64,000 bases of DNA from Paraphysomonas bandaiensis (taxonomy: Eukaryota > Protista > Chrysophyceae): contig CBFFRP010000263.1 of the NCBI GenBank assembly GCA_965644295.1, forward strand, positions 310,001 through 374,000, written 5' to 3'. A program made the position numbers and the translations under genes. Positions 34,769-49,030 of this stretch are shown here, in pieces; within the stretch, counting starts at the first letter, position 1; every line of letters begins with the position of its first letter. The notes below the pieces were generated by a model, which was given only the letters and a program-made list of their open reading frames with translations, had not been told where the DNA came from and made no database searches.

Positions 34769-37700
34769 ATGGGAAATAAAGCGACAACACTATCATCAAC
34801 TGAAAGTATACAAGATCTATTAGATGGTAATATATCATTAAAGAAATGTACATGTGAGGAAGTTGCTAAACATCTTGAAATAGTAATTGCACTTACAACT
34901 CATGTGGTATCTGGTGAAATTGCTTTATCAAGCAAAGAGTATAAAGATCTTATAAAAGTTTCTACTGTGATTACAGGAATATTAGATGATATATATTCTG
35001 GTGTAGTATCTGATTATCATGCTTATGAGTGTAAATTGAAAGCATTACAAGCATTAATTCGATTGTTAGTTATTCCATTATTGTCGAAACGAACATTTGA
35101 GCAATCAGTTGTTTCGATTATAAATCACACTAACACACCCAATGCCGAGGTATTTACTCTTGCATTTATAGCTTTCTTCAATGGATTTCGATGCATTGAT
35201 GAAGAGTCTACTATTATTGGTGGACTGCGGGCGGGCGGTGTTGAGGAGGCAAGTAGGAACGGTATCTGCTTGCAATTGGACAAAATGGGGCTGTATCCTC
35301 GTCTGGTCAATTTTTTAACCCAAACTAGTGCGAAGAGTCAAGAATACATGACGCTTACTTCGATATTAATATTTCGATTTCTTTCGTGGACTTTAACACG
35401 CACGTCATCCTCAACAAGTATTCTACGTGTCAAGCTACGTCAAATTTTGTTGCAACATCAGGATACTTTGTTTGAACTGATACGAAGTGACGACCAGTGC
35501 CTCGGTGATGCCGCAGTCAATATGATTGTACTTCTTCTTAGACTTGAAGATCGTTTGACATGTGTTGCAGTACAGGTAAGTTGTAATGTATATGTGATGC
35601 TTAGCTCATGTGGAGTGTATCTGGGTGTTATATTTTGAACGACACTTGGGTTTCATTTTGCTTTTTAGGATGCCGCGAGAGGATACGGGGCCTTGTTGTG
35701 GGCATTACATCGTCTGACTGGCCTTTTAATACAGTCGAATGCCTCAATCACGCAATCGGCACAACTGTCTACACGTTCTACAGGAGGGCAAGGTCTTACT
35801 AGTGCTAGTGGATTCAGGGCTCCTACAAGTAGTATTTCGTCCCAGTCAACCCGTGGTATTACGAATGCAGATGAGAACCAATCGAATAACGCAGAGTCCA
35901 CAAATGATACTGAAAGCAGTGCTTTGAATTGTGGTGAGATTAACGCAGGTGTTAGCGTAGAAAACGTACGGGGTGATGAATATATTGGATCATCCCATAC
36001 TGGATTAGTCGACCCTTTGTTTTTGCCACCTATGCAGCCAGCCTCCTTGGAGGAACGAATACATCGTACAGAAATATTGCTATCCTGTCTTTGCATCGGT
36101 AATCCGGTTAGTACGGCCGTCATCCTTCTTGCTTTCCCCAGTGCTATGAAGCAAGCCCTGTATCCATCTCAGTCTGTGTTAATGAGGAATGTTTTTCGTT
36201 ATTGGTCTCCTCCAGAAGACAGGCTATTGCAATATTCGGGACCGTTTTGTGAAAAAATGCAAGTGAATTATCCAGCATGGTACCTTTTGTTTGGTTTATT
36301 AACACAGAAAGTGGAAACTCCTGCACTAGTGTGGAACGCTGATATGCTAGGGCATTTGCACAACTCACTTCAGAAAGAGTGTGATGACTTGGATTTCATG
36401 CGACGACTAAGGTGTGTCTATATATATTGAGTAACATTAGTAATATCGTTGATTAGGCACGAGGCATGGGATCCCAGTAGTTTAGATGTGAACTATTTCT
36501 CGGTATATGGTAAACAGAAGTATATTGTTGTCAACGGCATCTTCATGCATCGCGCGATTGACGTCCTCGAATTGGGTAAAACGGAGTATATTAAGGACCC
36601 GCTAGCATTTGCATGGGCACTTATCGACCGTGCCCTAGCCCCCCTCAATCACCCGTGTTCCCATTTTGATGAAAGCGGTTTGATTGTACTGCGAACGCTA
36701 CATTTACTTCTATTGAGGTATAGATAACACACATATTTTGCTTTGTGACGTATGCATAGGTACCACAATGACATCTGCGAGAAGATACCCGTGAGTGCCT
36801 TGTGTGCTGTATTGAAAATGGGTCTTGCGACTGGCGATAGGGATTGTATTGTTCCAGACTCTAGTTTAGCTCAATGGCTGCATAGATGCATCAATATTCT
36901 CAGGTTGCGGCGCCATAGTAGCTCTCGGAGTACGATGGCCGAGTTTGCTAGCTGCTCAGGAGTGGATATGCTTATCACTATTTTATCAGATTATAATATA
37001 GTCGAGAATATGTGTGCTTTTAGAGCAGAGGTAGACGATGATGATGTGGATGGTGAGAGTGCAGACGAATCTGTTCATGGTGATGATGCCCCAGACATCG
37101 ATTTGACAGAGAAAATCTCCAGTGCGACTTTAAGAGTGGGCTCGCTCGTTCCCAACGATGCCACCTTGGTGGAATCGAATCACAGTGCAAATAATATATT
37201 CAAACGACTTTCCTTGAATAGATCGCTAAGGGGGACAGAAAAAGTGGACGTAAGCAGCCCTGCTGGGCCTGCTGCTTCTACTCATCATGTTCAGAAGGCA
37301 GATGATGGTATTAGTCAGTATGTTGTTGCTGGCCTTGCTGATGGGGTGAGTGTATTGAACGATACATCGACCTTGCTTCATGCACTTGTGCACGAGTCGT
37401 CATCGTGTGCTCTTCATATATCCTCATGCCCCGAGCTTTTTGGTCGCCTTATTAGGGCAATATGGTTATTATCTTGTCATGGGCCTCGAAGACCAAATTT
37501 TGTGGCTGTAGCCCTTGAAAAAACTCTTCATGTGGTTTTACGTGTACTTCACTCGTCACCTGAAGAAATGTACTCGCCTATGCTGCTAGATACCAAGATT
37601 CTTCATATTGTATTCGCTACGGGTGTGAGCCCATCAGGCGAAGGTTGCTTGTCACTTGCCGCCGCGGAACTGATTTCCGATATTGTTGTCAGTATCCCAG

Positions 37701-40615
37701 AACCAACTAGCGATTCAGCATTGGAGATGCAGAGATTGCCGCCTAGTACATGTGGAACAAAGAATCACAGCGCAGGCCCTTCATCGGTATCTAGTGAACC
37801 ACTTCCGCCGAAATCTCTCAGTGATTCGAACTTGGAATCTACCACAACTACCTGCAGCAATGCGGTATCGACAAAAATGTCTGAGTCAACTGTTATGGAA
37901 CAGCACTCCACTCGTGTGCAGAGACGCCCTAGCCTTCGTCAAGCACTTATTCACGAAGGGCCAAAAGTTCTTTGCGCGGATCCCTTCGAAAGCCACGCTT
38001 TAGATGACAGTGTAAGCGATCGTTTGATAATGGGGCGAACGAAGCGAACTATTCGGTCGAAGCGATCTCCCCTACCATCTGTGATAGCCAAATTGTGCTC
38101 GATTGTTCCTCTCCAGTTGGTCCGTCAATGTTTCGAGCTGTCAACGTCATTATACTGCAATGCTGTGTTTAACGCAAGCATCGCCGCTCCAGATGTTATA
38201 TGGAACACTCATCTTAGACAAGATTTGGTGGTTAGTTTGTACGATGATTTGAAAGAATGGCACGAAGATAACTTTTCAAAACCTATCCCCAGTGTTGATG
38301 TGTTAACAGCATCTGCTCAGTGCCCCAGTGAAAGGTACGCTGTATTGAGTACCCAGCCTCAGCTCTCCGGAATTTTTTTGCATGTACTTATGCGGATATC
38401 GAACTGTAAGGACTTGCTGGGTCCTTTTGATGTGCGAATGTTCTCTAAAGACTTGCTTCGTGCGTTGCAGAGAAGTTTGAGTGCACTACGAATCGCGAGT
38501 GGTGTTTCGCCATCTAGGTCGAAATCATTTAGTGCTATTTCGAATGCATCCGGTAGTGAATCTAGGAGGCGATCATCGGGAGATATGAATAAGTTTATTC
38601 CTGGCGAGATGCCTGACCACAAAGTTACCGATCAAATTGGACCGAATAGTGCCCTGCTAGAGTTGAAACCGGAAAGACAAGCCAGTCTCTTATTACTCTG
38701 TTTAGGTAAAGTAGTAGATATGTTTCCATTTCCAGAAGACGTCTGGTATGATGATGCCATTCCGTCACTTTGTAATACCATCGATTCTTTCTCTCGAGCC
38801 GTCAGCGATTCCGTATTGGCGAACAATTTGTGCCTGTCCCCTCTTGAAACTTGTGCAATAGGAGTACTCACTATTGTGAAGTCGCTGTATGGAGCTGGCT
38901 TCGTACAAGATGATTCTGTGCAGCAAACTCAGGCGAAGAATTTTTCGAAATCACTTCGTGAATTCCGGGCTGATGAGAAAGGCATGGAAGGGTCATTACT
39001 ACTTTGCAAAGATTGCCATGGAGCTGTTGGGAATGCACTCAGGTTATGCACCACGGCTGTTGAAGAGGGAAAATTTTTTCCATCCTCAGAGTTTAACGTA
39101 GTTGTTGATGTGCTGTTATCTTCCGCAACTGTACTTCTTGTGCACGTGGCATGTCAGTCTCTAGCTCTAACTAAAAAATCATGTGATGGCGACCCAACAG
39201 ATAGTCGTAACGCAGCTCGAACGGGAACTAGATCTCTACATGCATCTGGCAATGCTGAGAATACTTCCTCAGATTCCACTGGCCAGGTGCGTGCTGTTCC
39301 AGTTGAGGTCAAGGTTTGCTTGCGCACTCTGCTGGAGGGAGGTATCTTTGGTGAATTGGTGCGCTGCACGAGGCTTAGTGTGGCGCGGTCATCTCCATAT
39401 GCGACTCTACATTCACTAATATCGTTGCGTTTGTTTCTTATTCAAGCTGGTGAAGAAGCATCCTCGCTGCTGCTAGACTTGTCACAAAAAGGCTTACCGT
39501 TGTTTCTTCTTGATACTATGCTCGCACTATTGACGGACGATCTCCCTTCTTTCTCGGCGAATAGTCAGTCGTGGGCTCACCACCCCGCATTAGATTCTCC
39601 AGATATGTTTAGTGAAAAAGTCTTACCGCCTCTTAACCGCAAAAAGGGTCATGGGGACCAGCAAGACTCCAGAAGTTATAACGAGGTTTCATGTAGTTCT
39701 CCATCTGTACCTTTACTAGATGCATGTAAGGACGTCTTGCTACACAACGAGAGTCGAATGGTGAATTACATTTCGAAGTCTGGGAAGGAAAGTGCCGAAT
39801 CTGCTGTTTGCACAGATAAAGAATCCCCTCGCGTAGTTAGCAGTAGAACCGAGGTTGATGAGTTGTTATCCGAGAGCATGAAGTGCTTCCTCATACGCGA
39901 ATGTGTATTATTGCTTCGAAATCTGGTGATATCGGCATTCGACTCCAACTGTGATTCTTCTAACACTTCTTCGGACAACCCAGTACAATCTGCCACAGCG
40001 CTGTCACCTTCGCAGCCCGTGTCTTCCAGCAAGCGGATTAAAAACCCTTATCTAGTTGAACTTCTTGAACTTATCTTGACACCCTCATTGTTACATGTAT
40101 TGAGATATAACCTTGGGACTTTTGTTGAGATTATACGGGCTACAAAGCCGACGAAACGCCCTCTAGCCATATGGACATCCGGTATGTTGGCAACACTCAA
40201 GAGTTTTCTGGGCAATGAAATTAAGAAAATTACAGCATTGGAACAGTCCAGTGAATCACCTGTGTTATTTGATATTCAAGCTCTATTATCACGCGAGAGT
40301 TCTCATCCATTTCATCCTTGTGTGGCAGACGAGGTGGTGATCGATGGCGTATACATTAATCTGTTGTTGGACCCTGTTCATCGAGACGATATCGGTGCGA
40401 GAAACCTTCCTGAATTTGTGGAGATATTGCAGGCCAGTGTTACGAGCAGCAAGCGTGTACTGGAGTTAGTGAAGCAGCGTCGACAGAGTTTAAGTGGGAA
40501 AAATTCGCTGACTTCACAACTCTCTATCAAGCAGCAAGTCTTGGATCATATAATTAGACAACACCCCGAATTAGGATATTCCGACCTGTATGTTGTCGAC
40601 GAACAGAATTATTAG
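34769..40615 (+). CDS. Large (~1900 aa) ARM-like protein with RME-8/DNAJC13-type IWN repeats; exons 34769-35575, 35669-36411, 36457-36717, 36760-40615
   Basis: Four ORFs joined in frame by GT-AG introns. Three IWN-like motifs (TPALVWNADM, APDVIWNTHL, RPLAIWTSGM), each followed by a V/L-x-G-I/V-F/Y motif. Confidence 0.7.
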
Positions 40616-41081
40616 CATAATCTTACTTATGTTCTGCGTCCATGTTGCTATCGTTCTGTTCAAGCACGTAGTAGTAAGAGTATCATAGTATTTTGGTAGT
40701 TATGAATTGTTCTTCTGACGAATAATTAGGTAATTTTGATTGCTTTCTTTGAAAACAGATGGTGCATTGGATACGCAATAAAAGTCGATCATTTGATTTA
40801 ACTCTACTCTATTCTCACTTAATCTTCTATTGTATCGAGATGTTTCGGCTAAAAAAAGTTACGACCGCGTTTTTCTAATCTCCGGATATACACAAAAACA
40901 TTTGTATTATTTATGCATGAAAAGTGGTAACTAATTTAAGGCGCGCGTTATCTGTACTCCTGCTTTAACTATAGAGTCGTTACATAATAATACTACTTCA
41001 CTCTTCACTTATACCACAATTGACATGCACTTATATTTCTGAGATTTCAGTGATATAGTTTCAATTATTATGTAAGTGTCA

Positions 41082-44000
41082 TGTTGAGTTCTGCAATATG
41101 ATGTGATATATATTGTGCAATTGAAGTGAGTTAACAGTGTGCAATAGGTAATGTCAACTCATAGGTAAAACGGGTGATTATAGTTACAAAGGAATTAAAT
41201 TCAGTTACTGATGTGTGACTATACAAGATATAGAACTGACTGATGAACATATGATAAACAGGTGTTGCTGGGAACAGATGTTTCAACATATGTTACACGA
41301 ATATGTAGTGAAGTGTTCAGAATAATAATCATAATTTCTTACTTGAAAGTGCATTGTGTTCAACAGCAAGGTTACGGTTTACGCGTAGAGCAAAGTTAAC
41401 TTCAGTGAAATGTCCTTTGTTAACATGGTAGCGAGTGGTAGCTCTGATGAGGCGATGGAGGACAGCAAGGTGCTGAAGTTTGACAAGTGAAACGACACGT
41501 GTGTTGTAACGATTTGGGAGGCATGTGAACATGACGCAGCTGTGTTGGAGGGTGCCAGCCGATACATGGAGGCGACTCCCACATGATGATCCCAATAAGG
41601 AAGCTTTGTCCAATCATATGCTTCAAACGCTTGTGGATAGGTCTAGGAGTGAGTTGGGAGTAGTACTCCAAAAGACTACAGCGAAATACCAGCTTGTAAA
41701 TATTGGCCAATGATATGGACGAAATAGAGATTGATAGGCTGAAATGTATTTTCTACTAAAACTGCCTTGTACACTGAGCAGAGCAGCAGAGCAGTGCAGC
41801 TGTTCATAGTTAACGAGCAGGAGTGCTGAACATACACATGAACAGTGACAGAGACAGAGTTCATCGGCGGAATGGTGCTAATATGTAGATGATGATGTCT
41901 CATCTGGAGGGGAGTCCAATAAGATAGATGGTGAAGTGCTTATGACTGAAACAGTAGACCAACGAGTGTATCTAGGCAGTTGTGCCGGAAAGCAGCTATT
42001 CATTGTTGTTAAAGATCATAGAGTGCTAGAGAAATATTATGAAGCAGAGCCAGGAGTCATATCTCTGACGAAGAAGGGGTCAGCAATGGAGACTCAAGGA
42101 GTAGGAAGCTTTCAACACTGGCAAAAGAGAAGGCATCAAAGTATGTAAAGATGCGGTGAAGAATATTGTCTCAGGCGGAATGCTGCGAGCACTGGTGTGT
42201 GGATTGGAACTACTTAGAGTACCGAGAATTGTAGAGTTAAACACTGGTAGAGAGGTACTGGTTGGAGACTATATGATGAGCATGGAGGAATGCCATGGGA
42301 GGCATTATATAATATTATGACGTTTTGAATTTGCCTATTATTACGTCATCATGCCATCATGTAATGGAGGAAAATGCCAAGGAGGACAGTAAAGTTAGTG
42401 GATGCTGCCTTATGAGTGTGTTCCTGGGAGGAAAGGTGCCCGAGTTATCCTGGTTGATGAGAGGAAATGGGGGTGCAAGGCGTATGTATTAGTCCCGAAG
42501 GCCGATAGTCGGAAAGACTGGGAGGAAAAGGCACAAACAGGATATTTTGTGGGTTTCCCAGATGAGCAGATGGGGTATCAAGTGTTGATAGGAGATACAA
42601 TAGTCACGTCTGTTCATGTCCTGTTTGATGTATCAGTGCCCTAGAGATCGGCTGAATACTACCGAGAAATGGACTAAGCCACGGTGGCAGTGGTTCCTCA
42701 GGGAGGAGTGTTATCGACAAAACCCATGTGAAGATGGCGGCCAACTGTACAACAAGACCACGCGAATATAGATTCGGAAAGAGGTCTAACTGTGGGATAT
42801 AGATCCCTGATGTCAGGTGGTGAGGAGCAACTGGAAGTTAAGACTCCTATTCACATCATCGCGGATGAGTGAAGACCTTGTGACAAGAGTATCTGCTAGT
42901 TCTGGATCTCGTGACGACGGGACCAGCGGACATTTATTACAGCAGTTGACTGGGACGGTTCCATCCCCTTCTGACTTCGTAAGTGCTCCGGGAGAGGAAG
43001 CTCCATCAGATCGCTCAACTAGGGGCAGGCGCACAAGGGCTCCAAGGGTAGTGACGAATGTGTCAGTAGTAGGTGAGAAGCACGTATTACCTTCGTGTGA
43101 CGAAGTGGAGTGCAGCCTACTAGAGGAGGCAAATTCCATCTGGTGCTCGTCAGCGGGACCTAAGGTGCCTCAGACATATTCCGAATTCTTGGAGTTGCCG
43201 GAACGGAAGCAATGGAGTTCAGCCAGGCTGAATATGACGAACTGGAACGAAGGGAAGTGATGGAAGTTAAGCCCATACCTACCCCAGTGTCACTCCATTG
43301 ACAGCAAGACAGGCTGAGCGTGACAGACTGGAACGAAGGGAAGTAATGGAAGTTAAGCCCATCATCCCTACCCCAGTGTCACTGCAATTTGAATCCTGAG
43401 TATGTCTTTGCTTTGAAACGCAACAAGGAGGGTGCGATTCAACGATAGAAAGCACGACTTGTGGTACTTGGATATGGAGGCCATGAGGTTGGTAGAGCCA
43501 ACAATTATACTCCAGTGGTAAAAGCGGTAACAGTAAGATTGCTATTAGCTATCGCGTTTGTTATGAATATGGTGGTGCATCAACTCGACGTATCTAATGC
43601 ATTCTTGTATATGCAGATATAAAAGGAGATGTGTGTATAAGTATGCAACACCAGATTTCAAATTGCCACCAGGATATTGCTTTAAACTGAAGAAAAGTTT
43701 ATATGGTCTTCGAAGCTCACCACGGTCATGATGATAATATGCTGAGAGCATGTCGAGATACGAATATTATTTTGGAAATTAAGCGACGAGTATGTGAAAG
43801 GTTCGATATTACAGATATGAATGAGATTGGCTAGTTTTTGAACGTGAGAGTGACGAGAACTCCGAATTGTCTCAAACTTGACATGACAGTGTTCATCAAA
43901 AAGATATTGGTGAAGTATGTGGTTTTCTGGGTGTCCAAGGGACAAGACGCGGCGATACCCACTACATAGTGATGTCATGGATAGGATCAAAGTGGGAGTG

Positions 44001-45180
44001 GAACATGTGCATTCGACTCTGAAGAGCAGGAATTAGTTGACAATTTTCCCTATCGTCCATTAATAGGAGCGTTACTTTATTTATCTATGAATACAAGGCC
44101 GGATATCTCATATGCAGTGGGAGTATTCATTATAGAGGGAGAGATTTTGATCTTCATATGTTCACTGATGCTGACTGGGCAGGCGACCCGTTGACGAGGA
44201 GATCAACTTCAGGTTATATGTTATGTTTGGAGCTGGTGGACCACTATCGTGGGGTTCCAAACTTCAGTCTACTGTAGCTACATCGACTATGAAAGCAGAG
44301 TATCAATGCTTATATAACGGATTACAGGAAATGATATGGTCTCGGGGGGTGACTAGAGAAGTAGGGTTGAAAATTGACGAGCCCACACCATTATTCCTGG
44401 ATAGTCAACAAAGTGCTCAGGATATATCGGAAATCCAGTGCAACATCAACGATCGAAACATATTGAGATTAAGTATCATCATATGATTAGAGAGCATGTG
44501 GATCCCGAACAGTTTAATACAGCGAAATTAATTCATGTGAGCAGTCGACAACAGATGGCTGATATATATACCAAGGCTTTGAGAGGCCCAATATTCATTG
44601 AACAGAGGGAGCGAAATCTTGGGGGAAAATTTAAGACTACTGCACAAATTATCGCAGAGGTACCCAAGGTAAAGAGAGTTCGTCGTAACTAGATAGAGGT
44701 GAATGAATGGTGGGAGCTAGCTATACCAGCGGAGTCATACGTCCACCAGTGTCCTATGAGGTTCGGTGGTTGCGTATCCGATAGCAATGTTCTTCACAAA
44801 TTTTAGAATGGTTAACTACATCCAATTGAGTGGGAGTGTTGAGTTCTGCAATATGATGTGATATATATTGTGCAATTGAAGTGAGTTAACAGTGTGCAAT
44901 AGGTAATGTCAACTCATAGGTAAAACGGGTGATTATAGTTACAAAGGAATTAAATTCAGTTACTGATGTGTGACTATACAAGATATAGAACTGACTGATG
45001 AACATATGATAAACAGGTGTTGCTGGGAACAGATGTTTCAACATATGTTACACGAATATGTAGTGAAGTGTTCAGAATAATAATCATAATTTCTTACTTG
45101 AAAGTGCATTGTGTTCAACAGCAAGGTTACGGTTTACGCGTAGAGCAAAGTTAACTTCAGTGAAATGTCCTTTGTTAACA
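41082..45180 (+). mobile_element. Ty1/copia LTR retrotransposon, non-autonomous; identical 344-bp LTRs (41082-41425, 44837-45180), TSD TGTCA
   Basis: TG...CA LTRs, PBS-like TGGTAGCGAG at 41426, PPT GAGTGGGAG at 44828-44836, TGTCA on both sides. Broken integrase (WGCKAYV..KA..GYFVG), RT and RNase H (SKHIEIKYH, QMADIYTKAL) remnants. Confidence 0.97.
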
Positions 45181-45604
45181 TGTCATTCATGACGTTAATA
45201 CTTAATGTGATTATCGCTTCACTATACTGAGTAAAGTAGTGGTGGTGTCCCAGATATTTTATGTAAGATTTATGTGTTCCCGATGCAATCTTGTGACACT
45301 GCTTCTCTCAGTATTATTTTTGTAATTAATGTAACTGCAAGAAAGTACCTAATCAACCTGTGAGGAATTATCAGTATATGCTACACACCTTCACTAAGAG
45401 ATTTTTATAAATTTTTATAATATATTGAAATAACTTGTTCATCTGAGATATAACCGTGTTATTCGTTAACTACAATGTGATGAAACAGTAATGCGTTGTA
45501 GTATAGCTATATGACTGTGAAACTGAAGTATCGTGACGATTCAAGATTGATAATACGGAAATGTACCAGTGGCTAAAAAAAGGAAGCTAAATTATGCTGG
45601 TGAT

Positions 45605-45735
45605 TCGTACCACACAAGCGTTGAGTGGACAGAGCACTATCTGCTGACTATATATGCTGCTCACGTTAGTTTCCCGGAGAAATATTTTCGGTACTTATCC
45701 CCCAGAACACCAAGAAAAGGTGCGAGTCCGACTTT
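45605..45735. repeat. Dispersed repeat, diverged inverted copy at about 63053-63198
   Basis: TACTTATCCCCCAGAACACC...AAAGGTGCGA matches the reverse complement of 63060-63095; the flanks also align. Confidence 0.7.
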
Positions 45736-46040
45736 GTTGCGGGACCAACTTCATATACCTAGGATGACGAACATGTTGTCTTGTATCTTTCATTCATCTG
45801 TTTATGAGAAATTCCGATGTGCACAACTGAAATATAGAAGGGCTACGGGTTAGAAGTTATTATAACGTCGCTGTTACAATTTTCACATATACTACAGTCA
45901 CATATCACATACATATACACTACATAAATTTACAATATCGTTATATAAGTTCATTAAAATAATACAGCTCTATGGTTTCATTGTAATGTATTACTTTCTC
46001 ATATTTCTGCTTTCTGCTCAAACAATATAGATACACCACA

Positions 46041-46232
46041 TAGTAGTGAATGTCTGATTATTTAGCAATAGGCGTTGAGACCTTGCATCAATTAGTGGCT
46101 AGAAGAATGCTAGTCATACTAGTTAGACCACTACCCGTAACTAATCAATACAAACTCTTTTATCCTACTATTTAACACTACGAAAGCTGCTTGTGCGTCG
46201 CCGCAAGCACCAAGGTGCAACCACTTCCGTTC
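46041..46232. mobile_element. Short interspersed repeat family, copy 3 (full length), with 13-bp TSD TAGATACACCACA
   Basis: Direct repeat at 46028-46040 and 46233-46245; shares both ends with the 10344-10483 copy. Confidence 0.75.
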
Positions 46233-46340
46233 TAGATACACCACACAATGGAGATACACATTGCTATAATTGTGATATGACTAGCACACAGTAATAATTA
46301 GATTGTCAATAATGCATATTTCTGTAGTGTGATGCTCATG

Positions 46341-46498
46341 TAGTGAATGACTTATTCTTAACAATAGGCCTGTAAGAATCAGAACTAGTTAGTAAATGGT
46401 AGATGCTTATCTAGCTTGACTTGACTACTTCGTCCATCTAACTAGTACGCTGGTGCAGATTTTTTAACGCCTATTGCTAATAATAAGACTTTCAATAT
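46341..46498. mobile_element. MITE-like derivative of the same family, with the TAGTGAATG...CAATAGGC end present as an imperfect inverted repeat
   Basis: Left end TAGTGAATGACTTATTCTTAACAATAGGC versus reverse complement of the right end TATTGAAAGTCTTATTATTTAGCAATAGGC. Confidence 0.6.
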
Positions 46499-46647
46499 AC
46501 GACAAGAATAGCCAGTCATACAATTATAACATTATATACAGAAGAATAATTCACACGCGCATATACGCAGACATTTCTCACAATCAATTCATAGGCATTA
46601 CGTAAGCAGGCAAGCGTACGAATATGATGGCTCCAAACATCAAAACA

Positions 46648-47735
46648 CTACAATGCATTTTTGTGACCCTTTCGCTTCGCCTCTTTCGCTTTCTTGGCTT
46701 TTTTCGCCTGTTGTTTTTTGCGGTCGACTTTCTGTTTTGCCAATTTCTTCTCCATTCGGCATAAGTAGATGAAGTACATACTCGCTGGGTCATCGGGGTC
46801 AAGTTCTTCCCAATCGTTCTCTAAAGGCTTTTGTATTCCAATAACGTCTGTATACCAAGGAGTAAATAGAGGAGAATCAATGTCATAAATCTCAAGATAT
46901 TTGAGTCGATCCTCAGGCTCGCCATATGAGATACAAATGAAGAGCCCATCAGGAGTTAGAAGTCGTTCGACCTACCCATTTGTGAATTATTGAGATAAAA
47001 AAGATGATACGGCGTTGATGCTACCTACCTCTGAGACGTAGTTCTGGACCGCCTCCTCCCCCTTAAGGTTACAGAGTATAGCATCGAGCAGCCCTTTATC
47101 TATAATGCAATCAAAACTCTTCTCCGGCAGGTTCGAGTCTTGCATATTCGCTGTTACAAGCTTTATCTCTGGGTAGTCCTTGCATCTAGAATAGATATAT
47201 TTTTCACAGCGGCCGGTAGAACATACGCATTATTAGCAAAAAATGAGAGACCCACCTGATTTTCATTCCATCAATAACTACTCTTGAAAAATCAACACCC
47301 GTGATATCCTCGAAACCATCATCCACCATATCTTCCATGAAAAATGAGTTTCCTATTCCGTTCAGTATATTATCGGAATATAAGAGAACAATATAACTCG
47401 ACATACCGCATCCTGCATACATAATATGCGCCTCCTTCGCAACATAATCATTTATAATATCCTTAAATGTAGTGTATGGATAAAACCATTCAAACGGCTC
47501 AGGATCTCTATAAGTAACCATAACAACAAATAGACAACAAATAAGACACTAACTTGCTATATCTCTCATCCCAAAAATGTATTTTTCCGTATTGACAATG
47601 ATCAGAATACTGTTTATCAAATTCCTTCTCTGTAATATAATAAAAATGATAATTATATAGAGGTTTGTATGATAATATACCGCCAACTGCTTTAACTGCT
47701 AAGTTATCACTTAATTCAACTGATTTAAGTGCCAT
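46648..47735 (-). CDS. SAM-dependent methyltransferase, EEF1AKMT4/METTL13 N-domain-like, multi-exon, Lys-rich tail
   Basis: YGKIHFWDERY, PFEWF, AGCGNS, GVDFSRVVI, FDCIIDKGLLDAILC and VERLLTPDGLFICISYG.P..R after splicing. Stop at 46648-46650. Confidence 0.85.
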
Positions 47736-48529
47736 GAATGTCTGTTATTATCTAATGGACTAATAATAGACGGGGAATATGATAAAGTTATCTCAATAAA
47801 TGGATTTATTATTCATATTAAGGTTATACTACTACTCAGTTCTGACTATATATATATATGTACACGACTGTAACTGTACACAGTGTCTACATGTTTCTAT
47901 ATATGGGTATTATACACTACTGTATATGAGGTAATGGGTACAGTAATTGAAAACCGAAAAAAATGAAAGTTTGTATATCAGAAACCCCTGTTTTTGTTGG
48001 ATTGTATTGGAATACAGGAGGAAAAACATCACCCATATATAAAAAACAGTGATTTCGAGATTTTTTGAAACAAACAGATCTGTGTAATTCAATGAAATTC
48101 ATAATTACACAGGAGTAAAATCTTGATTTTTAATCTATTTTTGAGATTTTTTTGGAGAGTAAACAGAAACATCATACAGCACACAAACAGAGCAGCGAAT
48201 CGGCAGTCAGCATCTTATTTTTCGGAAATATACTGAAGCAAATATACTCTATATTACTGATATAGAACTACGGCTGGAATACATAAAATTGTTGTCTCAA
48301 TATTATAGGCATCTCTGAACAAAAATAAACAAAGGATGCTGATACGAGAGACAGTGAGAATAGTGTCATATTAAAGTATAGCTGGAATGAAGGGATACAA
48401 CTGCGGTAGAGTATGTTTTATTGTATTCATTCATGTATATCAAAGATAGTCCTTGTTAAACATACTCTTCCTCGTGTGCTGTCCTTCTCTCTCAGCTCTA
48501 TACATGTTTGTATCTATCGTATCATTGGA

Positions 48530-49030
48530 ATGGAAGGTACTCGTCGTGGTCGTCCACCCATAGCTACCACTGTTAATCACCACAATCAGATAAGGGTTGA
48601 TATTGACTATATGAGATATTTACATCTATCTTGGTCGATTATTGCCGAGAGCTCACGGCAACAGCGTAAAGAGAACGCATATTGGATCACGGTCGGACAT
48701 TACAGATCAGCATTGGATGAATTGGTGGAGGATATTCAACGTGAGTGACCATTCGGATAGAGGCGAGGTGATGATTTGGTTTTATATTTGCGATATTGGA
48801 GTGCAAGCGCCAAGATCTCGTGTCAGAGGGAGCACATATCGAGTAAACCCCAATAACGTCAATATCGGGCTGCTACAGCGGTATAGCGAGTCATGTATAA
48901 GGTGAAAGATCCACACCGCCTATGACACGTAGATGGTAACCATAAGATGAATGACTTTGGTATCGCCATTGAGGCTGGAATGGATGGGTTTTCACGGACC
49001 TACGTATTTGTGAAAGCGGCCTTGGCGGAG
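48530..49030 (+). pseudogene. Degenerate integrase-type (IS3EU-like) transposase relic
   Basis: RGEVMI...GVQAPRSRVR..RVNP followed by HVDGNHK and G.DGFSR fragments, with stops and frameshifts. Confidence 0.55.
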
